This document shows, piece by piece, positions 48,940-59,815 of a DNA stretch of 64,000 nucleotides. The notes under the pieces were generated by a model. That model had not been told where the DNA came from. It did not search any database and saw only the letters and a program-made list of their open reading frames with translations. The stretch lies in contig JAWBYA010000004.1 of NCBI GenBank assembly GCA_038867615.1, forward strand, positions 1-64,000, in the 5' to 3' direction. The DNA comes from Sulfolobales archaeon. Its GTDB lineage: Archaea; Thermoproteota; Thermoprotei_A; Sulfolobales; AG1. Positions within the stretch are counted from its first letter, which is position 1; each line of letters starts with the position of its first letter. The position numbers and the translations under genes are program-made.

Positions 48940-49653
48940 GTGTATATAGAGGTGAAGAACATGGCTGGGAGCCTCACGGAGGTATTCACAGAGGGTCTTG
49001 AGGTGCTGATTAATACTCTGGAGGGTAACCCATACGCCCTCATACTTCTATTATCAATGATAGGCAACTCCATCCCCTATGCCTCTGTCCCCTACTATTT
49101 AGTTCTACTGGTATATGCTTATCGAGCAAGAGATCCTCTAGAGCTGGCTGCTCTAGCACTCGTATCTGGGGTAGGGGCTACTGTGGGGAAGCTTGTTATC
49201 TATGCGATAGGTAGGGGTGTTTCTAGGGTGATTCCTGAGCGTGATAGGAGGAATGTCGAGCTATTTGGCAGGCTTATAAAGAAATGGGGTTTTCTATTCG
49301 TGCTGGCTGTAACATCAACCCCTATACCTGATGATGTTATACTTATACCAATAGCTTTTGCTGGTTATAGCGTATCGCTTTATTTCATTGCAACCCTTAT
49401 TGGTAAGAGCATAGTGTCTCTCTTAATAGTATTCTTTGGAAGGGGGTTAACACAGATTGCCGAGAGTGCTGGGGTTCCTATATATATACAGCTACCCCTA
49501 TTACTAGCTATATCGGTAACAATCATGATTCTGATCCTAAGGATAGATTGGGCAGGCGTTGTTAGGGAGTATGAATCCAAGGGGATCCAGGGGGCTTTGA
49601 ACGAGATCTACAGAAGCATAGCTATAGTCATTAGGGGTAAGAGGGGTTCTTGA
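48940..49653 (+). CDS. VTT/DedA-like membrane protein
   Basis: GATVGK..Y.IGRG, TPIPDD, GK motifs. Confidence 0.8.
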   Translation: MYIEVKNMAGSLTEVFTEGLEVLINTLEGNPYALILLLSMIGNSIPYASVPYYLVLLVYAYRARDPLELAALALVSGVGATVGKLVIYAIGRGVSRVIPERDRRNVELFGRLIKKWGFLFVLAVTSTPIPDDVILIPIAFAGYSVSLYFIATLIGKSIVSLLIVFFGRGLTQIAESAGVPIYIQLPLLLAISVTIMILILRIDWAGVVREYESKGIQGALNEIYRSIAIVIRGKRGS

Positions 49654-49722
49654 TATGAGAGACTACGTGATGGTTAGTCATGACCCGGTGTTATCTTGTC
49701 TTAGGATTATGGCTCAGGTTAT

Positions 49723-50130
49723 CTATTGATTCTGTCCCATTCTCCTCTTCCACTGTTCGACAATATCGTATCCATAGATCTCTATGAACATTCTCCTCCC
49801 ATCCTCGGTCATTTTAGTAGGATTCCATGGGGGGTCGTATACAACATCGACATAGACCTCCTTAGCCTCTGGGAGGGCGCTCACCAGGTTTTCGTAAACA
49901 AAGTATGGGAGCTCGGTTGCCACGGGGCACCCCATAGCTGTTAACGTCATCGTTACTGTCACTACTCCTTCGTCATCGACATTTATACCATAGATCAACC
50001 CTAGGTCGTATATGTTTATAGGTATCTCGGGATCGTAGATCTTCTTTAGAGCCTCTATAGCCCTCTCCACAATCTCTTTCTTTTTGTTCTCGTCAAACTT
50101 AGCCAAAACCCTCACCGTTTTTTTAGACAC
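49723..50130 (-). CDS. DUF59/SufT-like metal-sulfur cluster assembly factor
   Basis: YDPEIPINIYDLGLIY, TLTAMGCP, DPPW. Confidence 0.92.
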   Translation of the reverse strand: MSKKTVRVLAKFDENKKKEIVERAIEALKKIYDPEIPINIYDLGLIYGINVDDEGVVTVTMTLTAMGCPVATELPYFVYENLVSALPEAKEVYVDVVYDPPWNPTKMTEDGRRMFIEIYGYDIVEQWKRRMGQNQ

Positions 50131-50150
50131 TAAGGGGAATATATTCTACT

Positions 50151-50966
50151 TTATGAACATGAACAGCTATCCCAGATCCTTCCTCCAAGGGATCTGAGAT
50201 CCCTTATAATCTCTTCACATACTCGGGCGCACTCGTTTCTCGCATCCTCGATATTATTGGAGGAAGCCATTATGTATATATCGAGCACCGGGCTGCCGAG
50301 CTCGATACCCTTGGGCTGTGTCTTCACATAGATTTTTGGTTTCTCCTTGACAATCTTATTCACTATTCTTGCAGCCACCGACTCCATGACACCTTTGACA
50401 GTTATAGTCACCTCTGAGATCCTTACCTGGCTGGCGTTTCTCAGCATAGGCTCTATACTCTGCTCCCATATAGCCTGCATCTCGCTTGGAACGCCTGGTA
50501 GTGAGACGAATAGCTTGTCGCCCTTCTTAACAAGGATCCCGGGGGCTGTTCCTATAGGGTTTGGTATGGGTTTAGCGCTTTTAGGCATCATAGCCATCTT
50601 GATCCTCTCGGGCGTTAATCCAAGCCCCCTGGCAACGTATTTCTGCCTCACCATCTCGAGAGCCTCCTCGTTAACCACATGCTCCTCGCCTAGGTATTTT
50701 GAGAGGGCTTCTGATGTTATATCGTCATACGTGGGCCCGAGCCCTCCTGTAGTGACGATCAGGTCTGATGAGAATCTATCAGTAGCTATCCTCAGGATCT
50801 CTACTATGAGCTCCATCCTATCGGGTACGGAGGCTGATAGTACCACATCGTATCCAAGCAGTGTTAGCCTCCTCCCGAGATACTGTGAGTTTGTGTTAAG
50901 AACCCTCCCCTGAACCACCTCATTACCTATCGCAAGAACAGATGCTCTGGGCATCATTTGAGACAC
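50151..50966 (-). CDS. CinA N-terminal (MoCF_biosynth-like) protein
   Basis: IGNEVVQG..NTN, TGGLGPTYDDIT, NPIGTAPG, LPGVPSEM. Confidence 0.88.
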   Translation of the reverse strand: MSQMMPRASVLAIGNEVVQGRVLNTNSQYLGRRLTLLGYDVVLSASVPDRMELIVEILRIATDRFSSDLIVTTGGLGPTYDDITSEALSKYLGEEHVVNEEALEMVRQKYVARGLGLTPERIKMAMMPKSAKPIPNPIGTAPGILVKKGDKLFVSLPGVPSEMQAIWEQSIEPMLRNASQVRISEVTITVKGVMESVAARIVNKIVKEKPKIYVKTQPKGIELGSPVLDIYIMASSNNIEDARNECARVCEEIIRDLRSLGGRIWDSCSCS

Positions 50967-50967
50967 C

Positions 50968-52344
50968 CTATACTTTTGACAAGAACGGGATCCTGTAGGA
51001 GCTGGGTACCGATGAGAGATCTATATCGAAGGTGAAGTGAACCCTGGTAAACCTAGATCTTAGCTCGATCACTTGTTTCCTAACCTCGCCAGGATCCCTG
51101 CGGTCTATCAGAACCATTCTAAAGAGCCTGGCAACCTCTCTGAAATCATCCTCTTTCATCCCAAGCCTTGTCATCTCCTGAACACCTGTTCTTATGCCGC
51201 TGGGATCCTTAACGGCCTCAGGCGGGTCGTATGGTAATAGGTTCTTGTTAACAATAATATTGGCTTCCTCGAGAAGCTGTGCAGCCTTAGCCCCTCCCCC
51301 ATTGTTCCTCACATCAACCACCACCTGGTGTGATCTAGTGTAGCCGAGGTGCTCTCCAAGCACCTTGAAGCCTTCTGACGCTAGGGCTTCTGCAAAGGCT
51401 TTTGCGTTTCTAACAATCTGGTCGGCGTAGCTCTCCCCAAAATAGATCATCTCGAGAGCTGTGACCGCTGTTGCAGGGAGTCTGTGTAGATGGTGGTTGC
51501 TCACAAACCACGGGAATATTGTTCTCGCAATAGATTTATAGATCGTCTCGTTATTGGTTAGTATAACCCCACCCTGAGGGCCTGGAAATGTCTTGTGCGT
51601 TGATGCCGTGACCACATCAGCACCGGCTTCGAAGGGATCTCTCCACCTCCTCCCAGCTATTAGTCCGAGCACATGGGCTGCATCATAGATCACGAGGGAG
51701 CCAACGCTATGAGCAGTCTCAGCTATCTCCTTTAACGGGTGGGGGAATAGATACATACTACCCCCCATAACTACAAAGCTAGGCTTAACCTCTTCTACAA
51801 CCCTTCTAGCTTTATCAACATCTATGTTTAGGTTCTCCATATCGAATGGCATCTCTATATGTTCTATCCCGAGAGCTCCTAAGGTACCGAACTTGGTGTG
51901 GCTGACATGTGCTCCAGCCTGGACAGGTGCTACCACAGCTTTACCGCCTGGCTGTGAGAGAGCTCTGAACGTAGCCGCATTGGCTATTGTCCCGCTTATG
52001 GGTCTTGGCTCAACATACTTGACTCTAAAGAGCCTTGACATAAGATTCATTACAAGTTCTTCAACATCATCAACGTATTTCAAGCCCTGATAAAGCCTCC
52101 TCCTAGGTCTTCCCTCGGCGTATCTATGCATCATATCACACATATACACAGCCTCGGCTAGAGGGCTCATAACATTCTCGCTAGGGATCATGTTGAGAGA
52201 ACTCCTTCTCCATGTATTATGCTCAACGGTTAGATCGATAATCCTGCCAAGCTCGTTGGGGATAGGCATACCCATATAGAAAACCCTAGATAGAGATTCA
52301 GGCGAAAAATATATCTTTCGATAACACGTACTCCACAGACCCAA
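50968..52344 (-). CDS. glyA: Serine hydroxymethyltransferase (true start probably near 52273)
   Basis: [36 protein letters not shown]. Confidence 0.96.
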   Translation of the reverse strand: MGLWSTCYRKIYFSPESLSRVFYMGMPIPNELGRIIDLTVEHNTWRRSSLNMIPSENVMSPLAEAVYMCDMMHRYAEGRPRRRLYQGLKYVDDVEELVMNLMSRLFRVKYVEPRPISGTIANAATFRALSQPGGKAVVAPVQAGAHVSHTKFGTLGALGIEHIEMPFDMENLNIDVDKARRVVEEVKPSFVVMGGSMYLFPHPLKEIAETAHSVGSLVIYDAAHVLGLIAGRRWRDPFEAGADVVTASTHKTFPGPQGGVILTNNETIYKSIARTIFPWFVSNHHLHRLPATAVTALEMIYFGESYADQIVRNAKAFAEALASEGFKVLGEHLGYTRSHQVVVDVRNNGGGAKAAQLLEEANIIVNKNLLPYDPPEAVKDPSGIRTGVQEMTRLGMKEDDFREVARLFRMVLIDRRDPGEVRKQVIELRSRFTRVHFTFDIDLSSVPSSYRIPFLSKV

Positions 52345-52623
52345 GGCCTTAGCCAGATTAGCTAGATCCTCGCTGTCTAGCTAAATCATAATCAAGGCTG
52401 TTTAATTATCGATACGCACAGGGTTTGAGAAGTTATATATCGCACAGTCTAGTAGGGTTTTACCGAAGCAGTCCTAAAGATGGGATTGAGGATCGTTTAT
52501 GCAAGGGCTTTCTGGAGGGTGTTTATACTTTTTTATTCTAGATCGGTTTTTACAGATGTTTCCCAACAATGTTAGAGATCTTAAGGATCGCTGAGTCCTT
52601 ATGACAAGCTCAGGCGACAGTGG

Positions 52624-52839
52624 TTAAGAGCCTATTTTTATAGCGTATCTCCCCGGCTTTGTTATGCCGAGGCTTTTCGCTATTTGTGACCCTTCCGGGT
52701 CTATTATTATCACCATACCGCTCCATTCTTCGCTAAACTCCGACGAGCCGCAGATGCTGCATACGGTTGCTTCGAGCGGTGCCAACGCCTTACACTTCTT
52801 GCATGCCTTGAATACCCCTTTCTTCCGCTGTTTGCTCAC
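52624..52839 (-). CDS. spt4: Transcription elongation factor Spt4 (RpoE'')
   Basis: ACKKC...CSICG, WSG...DPE.S.IA...PGRYAIK. Confidence 0.95.
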   Translation of the reverse strand: MSKQRKKGVFKACKKCKALAPLEATVCSICGSSEFSEEWSGMVIIIDPEGSQIAKSLGITKPGRYAIKIGS

Positions 52840-53384
52840 TGCTCACCACCGATCCATTCTAGTTTGCCTAGGTTAGGCTGTCTCATTGTCATGGCTATCC
52901 TGGGGGGTCCTGCTGCTTGGTAAGATATATTTGTTATCCTACCCCTAACCTTATCCCCCACGGCTACCTGCCTCCTATTCCTATCACCAACAATGGCTTT
53001 TAATGCATCGTTATACTCTATATCATCGGAATCCATAACCTGGGATATGTGGACAAAGGCGTCAAGGGGGCCTATGTTTACGAAGAGGCCTATGTTCCTA
53101 GCATCCTTAACAACCCCCTCAACAACCTCATGCATAACTGGTATGTAGCTTAGGATCTTGAACCTGGCTTCGTGATACGTGGAACCATCACCGGGTAGCA
53201 CTATGCCCAGATCGCTGACCTTCACATCATAGACGAGGATTATTATCCCCAGATCCTTATCAAACTTAGCCTCATATTTCTCTCTCAGATGCTCCTCGGC
53301 AACAGCCTCGAGAGGCTCTCCAAACCTGCTTGGAGGGATCTTCACATAATCAGTAACCTCATAGACCCTATACGTTGTGATCAC
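52836..53384 (-). CDS. rpo7: RNA polymerase subunit Rpo7 (E')
   Basis: IPPSRFG, PGDGSTYH, EVVEG, GPLDAFVHISQ, TMRQPNLGK. Confidence 0.96.
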   Translation of the reverse strand: MITTYRVYEVTDYVKIPPSRFGEPLEAVAEEHLREKYEAKFDKDLGIIILVYDVKVSDLGIVLPGDGSTYHEARFKILSYIPVMHEVVEGVVKDARNIGLFVNIGPLDAFVHISQVMDSDDIEYNDALKAIVGDRNRRQVAVGDKVRGRITNISYQAAGPPRIAMTMRQPNLGKLEWIGGEQ

Positions 53385-53790
53385 CCCCTAGCAAGAAGAG
53401 ACCAACCATCAACACTAAAAACCCGAGCCATATTCTTCCATACTACTAAGCTTAAAAATGCTTTAAATATTATGCGTTGGGCTGGGCTTTGGTCTTAATT
53501 TAGTTGATATGCTTGGCACCAACCACTCGGTCGATGGCTTCACAAACCTTGGCTCTATCGCTGGAACACTTATCAATGGATTCTACACATTTAAGTCACC
53601 TTATCTACAGCTCCATAGTTAGCGATATGGATCCTTGGAGTGACGCGGCAAGCTGTTATGAAGATCGAGTACTCAATGTCGAGTACCATTGAGGTGTGCG
53701 AGCCCCTAAGGGCATATCTTTGCATAAAGGGTTAGCTGATATAATGCTACTTGTAACACTTTTAATGTGATACCCCGGGCGGTGTAATCG

Positions 53791-55395
53791 GTGATCATTG
53801 CTCCAACCAGTATTAAGAAGATCTGGGTTTTGAGTTTCGAACTAGAAGGGTATGTGAGTCTCGGTGGTCTTGGAAGGGCTGTTGCTAGGCATGTCTCGGG
53901 GCTTGTTAAGAAGGGCTTTGATGTAACAGTGTTCCTCCCATCCCATGGTAGACATCTCTCTAGAGAATATGTTGAGAGGCACGGTATGAGGGCTGTTCAG
54001 GGCTTCACACCATGCGGCCATAGGGTTGGGGTTGATGGTGTTTCTAGGAGATATTGCCTAGGCGCTGAGGAAATATGGATGGGCGGTGCTAGGGTTATTA
54101 TATTCAAGGGTCTTGACCACGAAACTGGGAAGTTTGTAGATAGATGGGGCGTCTATGAGGAGCTGCCTGAGAAGGCATGTCTATATACCAGAGCCCTTAT
54201 CCACTGGATCTATTGGTCTGGTGAGAAGCCCAACATGATCCATGCGAATGACTGGCCAACAGCCTTAGCAGGTGTTGCTGCTAAAAACATCTTCGAGCTT
54301 ATGGGGTACTCTATTCCTCTGCTATATATGGTGCACCTCATATCATCACCATCATTCCCATGGCACTATCCTTCTGACCAGTGGTGCGGCCTCCCCGATA
54401 CACTCCATAGGGTGTGGAATGGCTATTCCCATGTTAAGAGATCTACGAGAGATGTTTGGGACTCTCTGGGGGGTAATGTCGATATGTTCTCTCTCGTCGA
54501 GGCCGATGCCATAGCCTCTGTTAGCTGGGGCTATATGGAGGAGATCCTTGATAGGTTTGGTAGGTGGATGCATCCTAAGGCATGTGTGGTTCACAACTCA
54601 ACTGACTGGGAGGTTGGAAGTGTATCTAGGTATACGAGGGAGATGTTTGGAACATCCTCGAGGAAACTTCTTAGAAAGAGGATCGGCGATATAGTGGGGA
54701 GTATAAGCAATCCAAGGACAGGGCATCTCTCCAAGAAAGAGGTGATCATAGCTTCAAGCGGTAGGGCTACATGGCAGAAAGGCTTCGATGTTCTCATCAA
54801 AGCGGCAGACTATCTAGACGATAGGTTTGGGATAATCATAATGGCTATCGGTGTTGGTGATAGGGGCTTCGAGGAGAATATCTCGAGAATGGCTCTGGAG
54901 AGGTGGGGAAAAGTCTTAATACTATGGGGCGAGATCGATAGCAACATTCGAAAGACCATAACCTATCTATCAAATGTATATGCGGTTCCATCTAGATACG
55001 AGCCATTCGGCATAGTATCTATAGAGGCACAGGCCCTGGGAACCCCGGTTGTTGTTTCAAGAACGGGAGGCTTGCCAGAGACTATGCAGGAAATAAGGAG
55101 GGAGGGCTCTGGGACGGGGTTGCTTGTAAACCCAGAAGATCCTGGGGGGCTTGCCAGAGCAATAAGATCCCTTGCTTGGGCGTCAGAGGTGGCGGATACA
55201 GGGGATCTCGGGCTTGTAGCCAACATCGAGATCCCTGAGGTTGCTGAGGCTGTGCTGAAAAAACCAGATCTTTCGAGGGTAAATACTATAGCATGGGTTG
55301 ATGCGAGGTTTAGAGAGGAATCGATAGTGGGAGAGCTGTTGGCATGTTATGAGAAGGCTAGACAGATGGCTTATTATAGAGCTGTTTCACCCTAG
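53791..55395 (+). CDS. glgA: Glycogen synthase (crenarchaeal GlgA type)
   Basis: FE....SLGGLG, PSHG, HANDW, QKGFD, PSRYEPFG, TGGL. Confidence 0.85.
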   Translation: MIIAPTSIKKIWVLSFELEGYVSLGGLGRAVARHVSGLVKKGFDVTVFLPSHGRHLSREYVERHGMRAVQGFTPCGHRVGVDGVSRRYCLGAEEIWMGGARVIIFKGLDHETGKFVDRWGVYEELPEKACLYTRALIHWIYWSGEKPNMIHANDWPTALAGVAAKNIFELMGYSIPLLYMVHLISSPSFPWHYPSDQWCGLPDTLHRVWNGYSHVKRSTRDVWDSLGGNVDMFSLVEADAIASVSWGYMEEILDRFGRWMHPKACVVHNSTDWEVGSVSRYTREMFGTSSRKLLRKRIGDIVGSISNPRTGHLSKKEVIIASSGRATWQKGFDVLIKAADYLDDRFGIIIMAIGVGDRGFEENISRMALERWGKVLILWGEIDSNIRKTITYLSNVYAVPSRYEPFGIVSIEAQALGTPVVVSRTGGLPETMQEIRREGSGTGLLVNPEDPGGLARAIRSLAWASEVADTGDLGLVANIEIPEVAEAVLKKPDLSRVNTIAWVDARFREESIVGELLACYEKARQMAYYRAVSP

Positions 55396-56180
55396 CCCTT
55401 ATAGGATTTAATAGCCCTGATGATTTCAAGAGCCTTTGCCGGATCCTTTTCAAAAACCGTTCCAAGGACTATCGCGTCGGCTCCAGCACTTACTATTTCG
55501 AGCGCTGTTTCAGGACTCCTGATACCCCCGCCCACTATTATGTATTGGTTTGTGCTTTTCCTAACAGCCCTCACAGCCTGGGGACTTATGGGTTTTAGAG
55601 CTCCTGAGCCGCCTTCTAGATATATGAACCTCATTCCAAGAAGCTCTGACGCCATAGCATAGGCTGCGAAGACCTCGTATAGCTCGCTTGGTATGGGTCT
55701 AGCCCATCCTATGTGGCTTACAGCCGTTCCATCACCTGTGACTATATATGCTGTTGGGAGCACCTCAAGGCCGTATCTCTTAACTATCGGAGCCCCCAGC
55801 ACCTGGGCTCCTATTATGTAGTAGGGATCCGCGCTGTTTAAGAGGGACATGAAGAGGATTGCGTCAGCATTTGGCGAGATACCGTTGACATTTCCTGGGA
55901 AGAGTATTATGGGTAAGCCTGTTTCTCGGAGCATATCTATAGTCCTACTGATCTCGATCTCAGAGACCCCCATGCTCCCGCCAACAAGTATTGCATCGAT
56001 CAGACCCTCGCTTGAATAGGATCTCAGGATCTTGCGCATCTCGTCGCGGTACTTAGAGGGATCAGGATCTATAAGGATTAGGGCAGCCTTTTCACCAGCC
56101 CTGGCCTTGGATCTCAGGGTCTCCTCAACTTTACCTCTCCACATATTAGTTCCACCAGAGTTACTGTCCTTCCCCACCAC
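55392..56180 (-). CDS. Geranylgeranylglyceryl phosphate synthase
   Basis: LIDPD, VGGS, LFPG, SLLNS, YLEGGSGA, VGGGIR. Confidence 0.93.
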   Translation of the reverse strand: MVGKDSNSGGTNMWRGKVEETLRSKARAGEKAALILIDPDPSKYRDEMRKILRSYSSEGLIDAILVGGSMGVSEIEISRTIDMLRETGLPIILFPGNVNGISPNADAILFMSLLNSADPYYIIGAQVLGAPIVKRYGLEVLPTAYIVTGDGTAVSHIGWARPIPSELYEVFAAYAMASELLGMRFIYLEGGSGALKPISPQAVRAVRKSTNQYIIVGGGIRSPETALEIVSAGADAIVLGTVFEKDPAKALEIIRAIKSYKG

Positions 56181-56185
56181 CGATC

Positions 56186-56497
56186 CTAGCTCTCACTTTC
56201 TTTTTCCTCTTCAAAACCCTCCTCAAACCAGATCTCTATAGTTCCTGAGAAATATCCATCGACGAATTTTCCATATGCATCTACGGGCTGTGCAAGTGCT
56301 GGGATACCTTTCACCACAGATCTAAGCCTACACCTAGGGTTAGAACACGCTATATGGGCTATCCTATCCCCATCTTTCTCCTCTATCTTAACAGAGATCG
56401 AGACAGCACCGCATTCGGGGCACTGGAACGTTCTAGGAGGTCTCCTTCTAGCCCAATGGGTAGTCTTAAAAGTCTTCCTCTTCTTCCTCCTCCCCAT
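56186..56497 (-). CDS. elf1: Transcription elongation factor Elf1
   Basis: MGRRKK..., FQCPEC, second Cys pair, PVDAYGKFVD, acidic tail. Confidence 0.88.
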   Translation of the reverse strand: MGRRKKRKTFKTTHWARRRPPRTFQCPECGAVSISVKIEEKDGDRIAHIACSNPRCRLRSVVKGIPALAQPVDAYGKFVDGYFSGTIEIWFEEGFEEEKESES

Positions 56498-56868
56498 TTA
56501 TTGCACCAACCTATAATGTGCTCTCTCAAAAATATTATTGAACGCGTTGAAAGCTCGCTATGCAGAAGGCTGGATCGAGATGTATTTGCCGGTGAGAACC
56601 TCCGGGGCTTCAAACTTCATAGCAGTTGATATTATTAGTTATTGATAGCCTTATCTTTAGTTCCACAGATCTTAGAACTGCTCTAATAAAAGAATATGTT
56701 ATTTGTTCCGCGTTCAGAGTAGCACCTATCTATGGTTCCTTTTATTAATGAGACCCACATCCCGGATCTTTTATCCCGGTTCGTGTTTTCATAGGAGAAA
56801 CCTTGGTATCGATGGATATTCAGGGATAAATTGATAAATAGCTCTTAGTAATTTTTATCTGAGTCTCA

Positions 56869-57948
56869 ATGAAGGTTGGGGTTATAGGGGGCGGACCTTC
56901 AGGGCTTGCTATAGCACGCATGCTCTCCGATAGGGGTTATGAGGTGTATGTCTACGAGGCTCACAGAAGCTTTGCTGTGAAGCCATGTGGGTGGGGATAC
57001 CCTACTCCTGAGAGTGATGAGAAAAAATACAGGGTTTTCTCAGAGGCTGTCAAGGCGTCCATATGGGTTTTTAAGGGTTATGATGTATATCTGAACGACG
57101 ATCTCTTGTTCCATAGTGATAAACAGATCCTGGGCTATATAATAGATAAGAAGCAGTTCCTTGAGAACCTTTCCCAGGGTATTGAGGTTGAGAGAGGATC
57201 TCCAGCCAGGTATCTCGGGGGAGGTCTTATAAGGGGTAGGAGTGGTGTGAAGAGATTCGATATAGTGATCATAGCTGGGGGCTTTCCAGCCCAGCCTAGA
57301 AGGCTTGATAGGATACTTGCGGTGCAGGCTATAATAAGATCCCCGAGGATCGAGGATGCCGAGATCCCCGAGCTCAGGTTCTACTCAGACTTGGTGGGAT
57401 ATGCGTGGGTATTTCCAGAGGGTGAGAAGACTGCAAGAGTGGGTGTTGGGGGTTACGCTAGCAGAGAAACGCTGGAGAAGATCCTGGGCATGGTTATTAA
57501 GAAGAGACAGGATCTTGCAAAGGGCGAGGTTATAAAGAGAGAGGGTGCTGAGGTCACAGTCTCGGGGGTTGATTGGGATCTAGCTAGATCTAGAGATCCG
57601 TTTTATGTGGGTGAGGCTCTCGGATACATTATGCCTGTGACCGGCGAGGGGATAAGGCCTGCCATATGGAGTTCGATAGCCCTTTTCAACGCCATTGAGA
57701 ATGGTAATAGCTATGAGGAGGAGCTCAGAAAACTCAAGCTGACCAGGTTCATAGGGATCCATAGGAAGATCCTTAATATAATGATTAAAATGAAGCCAAA
57801 CGAGAGAGATCTCTTCATCAAAAACGTGCCAGAGGATCTAATGCTGGATCTATCTCTTGGAAGAGCAAGCACCATTGATCTATTAAGACTAGCGAAGATC
57901 CCGGAGCTAGCAATGATCCTGACCAGATATGCTATAAAGATTATATAG
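56869..57948 (+). CDS. Geranylgeranyl-reductase-family FAD oxidoreductase
   Basis: GGGPSG, KPCG, GYAWVFP, VGEA.G...PVTGEGI. Confidence 0.85.
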   Translation: MKVGVIGGGPSGLAIARMLSDRGYEVYVYEAHRSFAVKPCGWGYPTPESDEKKYRVFSEAVKASIWVFKGYDVYLNDDLLFHSDKQILGYIIDKKQFLENLSQGIEVERGSPARYLGGGLIRGRSGVKRFDIVIIAGGFPAQPRRLDRILAVQAIIRSPRIEDAEIPELRFYSDLVGYAWVFPEGEKTARVGVGGYASRETLEKILGMVIKKRQDLAKGEVIKREGAEVTVSGVDWDLARSRDPFYVGEALGYIMPVTGEGIRPAIWSSIALFNAIENGNSYEEELRKLKLTRFIGIHRKILNIMIKMKPNERDLFIKNVPEDLMLDLSLGRASTIDLLRLAKIPELAMILTRYAIKII

Positions 57949-58309
57949 AGTTAGCCGAAAGAGAGCCAAATATAGTTAAAGATCTATGGTTCCCAGCTAT
58001 CTGAGGAACTATATATTGCTACTCTCTCGTTCTCCATAGTTATCATTCTATCTATACCAATCTGTATAGCGATTCCCGCATCGTGCGAAATGATCGTGAT
58101 ACCCATACCCTCCTTATAATTGCCATATTATCATGGATAGAGTGTGGAAAAACCCTACCGGTGAGATCAGATAGATCCTCTATAAAAATCTATCACAGAC
58201 ATCATAGCAGCTAACCAAAATAGACCCTACCTGGTTGCAGCACAAAGATCTATGTGTTATGGTGGCTGGTCAAATATATTCTCTCTATCGTCACTACTTT
58301 AGGGAGTTT

Positions 58310-59401
58310 TTGCCGAGGATACCTCTTCTAGATCTTCTTAGGAGTTATGGCGGCGATGTTGGGGTTTTCGCAGGCTTTGAGACTATAATGAGCTATGGCG
58401 ATCCCTTCTCCGAGCATTTAGCCGTTAGGAGGGATGCTGCTGTATTTGATATAAGCCATATGGGGAGGATCCTTGTTGAGGGGCCTGACTCGCAAGAACT
58501 CCTAGACATGCTCTTACCAAGAGATCTTGGCGATTCGAAGGATGGCGTCATGATTGGGCCTACGGCTTTTCTCAACGACTCAGGGGGCTTTAAGGATGAT
58601 GTTATGCTATATAGATTTTCAAACGAGAGATGGCTTGTTGTGTGTAACGCTATCAATAGGGAGAAGATCCTTGGGTGGCTTAGGGAGTGGATCTCTAGGA
58701 AGGGTTACAAGGCATCTATAGTTGATCAGACCCTCGAGACGGCTATGCTAGCTATACAGGGGCCTAGGGTGGTCGAATATATATCAAAGATCCCCGGGTT
58801 CTCCGAAGCCTCCTCGCTTAAGCCCCTTGAGTTTCTCGAAAACCTAGATACCTCTCTGGGTAGGGTTGATATTATTAGCAGGAGTGGCTGGACTGGGGAG
58901 GATGGTTTCGAGATTGTTTCGAGGCCAGGTATTGCCGCCGAGATCATTGCTAGGCTTAGAAGCATGGGTGTAGCATTGGCGGGGTTGATTGCCAGGGATA
59001 GTCTGAGGATGGAGATGGGCTATGTATTATATGGTGAGGATATAGATGAGGATATAAACCCATACGAGGCTAGATACTGGGTCTTCACCAGGGGTAAGGA
59101 GGGCTGTATAGGCTGCGATGCCTTGAGAGGGATTGGGAGGAGAGGTGTTGCTAAGGCTAGATATATGTTTAGGCTTAAGAAAGGGCTGAGGGTAATACCA
59201 AGGAGGGGTTATAAGGTGCTATATGAGGGTGAGGAGATAGGCTATATAACCAGCGGTTCATACTCACCCTACCTAGAGAGACCAATAGCTATGGGTTATA
59301 TTAAAAGCAGCCACGCATTGCCAGGGCTTAGTGTTGATATAGAGGTTAGGGGAAAGCTTTATGAGGCGAAAATCCTCGACTACCCCTTGATCAAGAGGTG
59401 A
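58310..59401 (+). CDS. gcvT: Glycine cleavage aminomethyltransferase T (ORF track start 58235)
   Basis: EHLAVR..FDISHMG, QGP, RSGWTGEDGFE, ARDSLRMEMGY.LYG, TSG..SP. Confidence 0.93.
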   Translation: MPRIPLLDLLRSYGGDVGVFAGFETIMSYGDPFSEHLAVRRDAAVFDISHMGRILVEGPDSQELLDMLLPRDLGDSKDGVMIGPTAFLNDSGGFKDDVMLYRFSNERWLVVCNAINREKILGWLREWISRKGYKASIVDQTLETAMLAIQGPRVVEYISKIPGFSEASSLKPLEFLENLDTSLGRVDIISRSGWTGEDGFEIVSRPGIAAEIIARLRSMGVALAGLIARDSLRMEMGYVLYGEDIDEDINPYEARYWVFTRGKEGCIGCDALRGIGRRGVAKARYMFRLKKGLRVIPRRGYKVLYEGEEIGYITSGSYSPYLERPIAMGYIKSSHALPGLSVDIEVRGKLYEAKILDYPLIKR

Positions 59402-59405
59402 TAGC

Positions 59406-59813
59406 TTGAGCGATATAGAGGTTAAGGGATATATTGTTAAGAGGGACAGGCTATACACCGAAACAGACGAGTGGGTAAAGATAGAGGGCGATATAGCGGT
59501 TATCGGGATAACTGATTATGCACAGAAGAAGTTAAAGAACATAATAGGGATAGAGCTCCCATCTAGAGGGACTAGGGTTAGAGCTGGCGACACTATAGGT
59601 ACTATCGAGAGCATAAAGGCTGTCTCAGACATCTATGCCCCTGTGGGCGGCGAGGTTATTGAGGTCAATGAAAGGCTCTCAAACGAGCCGGAATTAATCA
59701 ACCACGAACCCTATGAGGGTGGATGGATGGTTAAGATCAAAATCGCTTCTAAGGATGAGCTTGGAAAACTACTATCTCCCGAGAAATATGCTGAGAAGAT
59801 CTCGAGGGACTAG
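59406..59813 (+). CDS. gcvH: Glycine cleavage H protein
   Basis: EW, GITDYAQ, IESIKAVSD lipoyl-Lys, PELIN.EPY.GGW. Confidence 0.95.
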   Translation: MSDIEVKGYIVKRDRLYTETDEWVKIEGDIAVIGITDYAQKKLKNIIGIELPSRGTRVRAGDTIGTIESIKAVSDIYAPVGGEVIEVNERLSNEPELINHEPYEGGWMVKIKIASKDELGKLLSPEKYAEKISRD

Positions 59814-59815
59814 TT

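Noticed and set aside
53500-53700. Possible MFS fragment (TNLGSIAGTLINGFY) and CTCAATG/CATTGAG hairpin
   Set aside because: Too short to distinguish from chance without a search.
56754-56777. Fifth copy of the repeat element as a listed feature
   Set aside because: Only about 24 nt with mismatches and a gap; mentioned as possible but not supportable alone.
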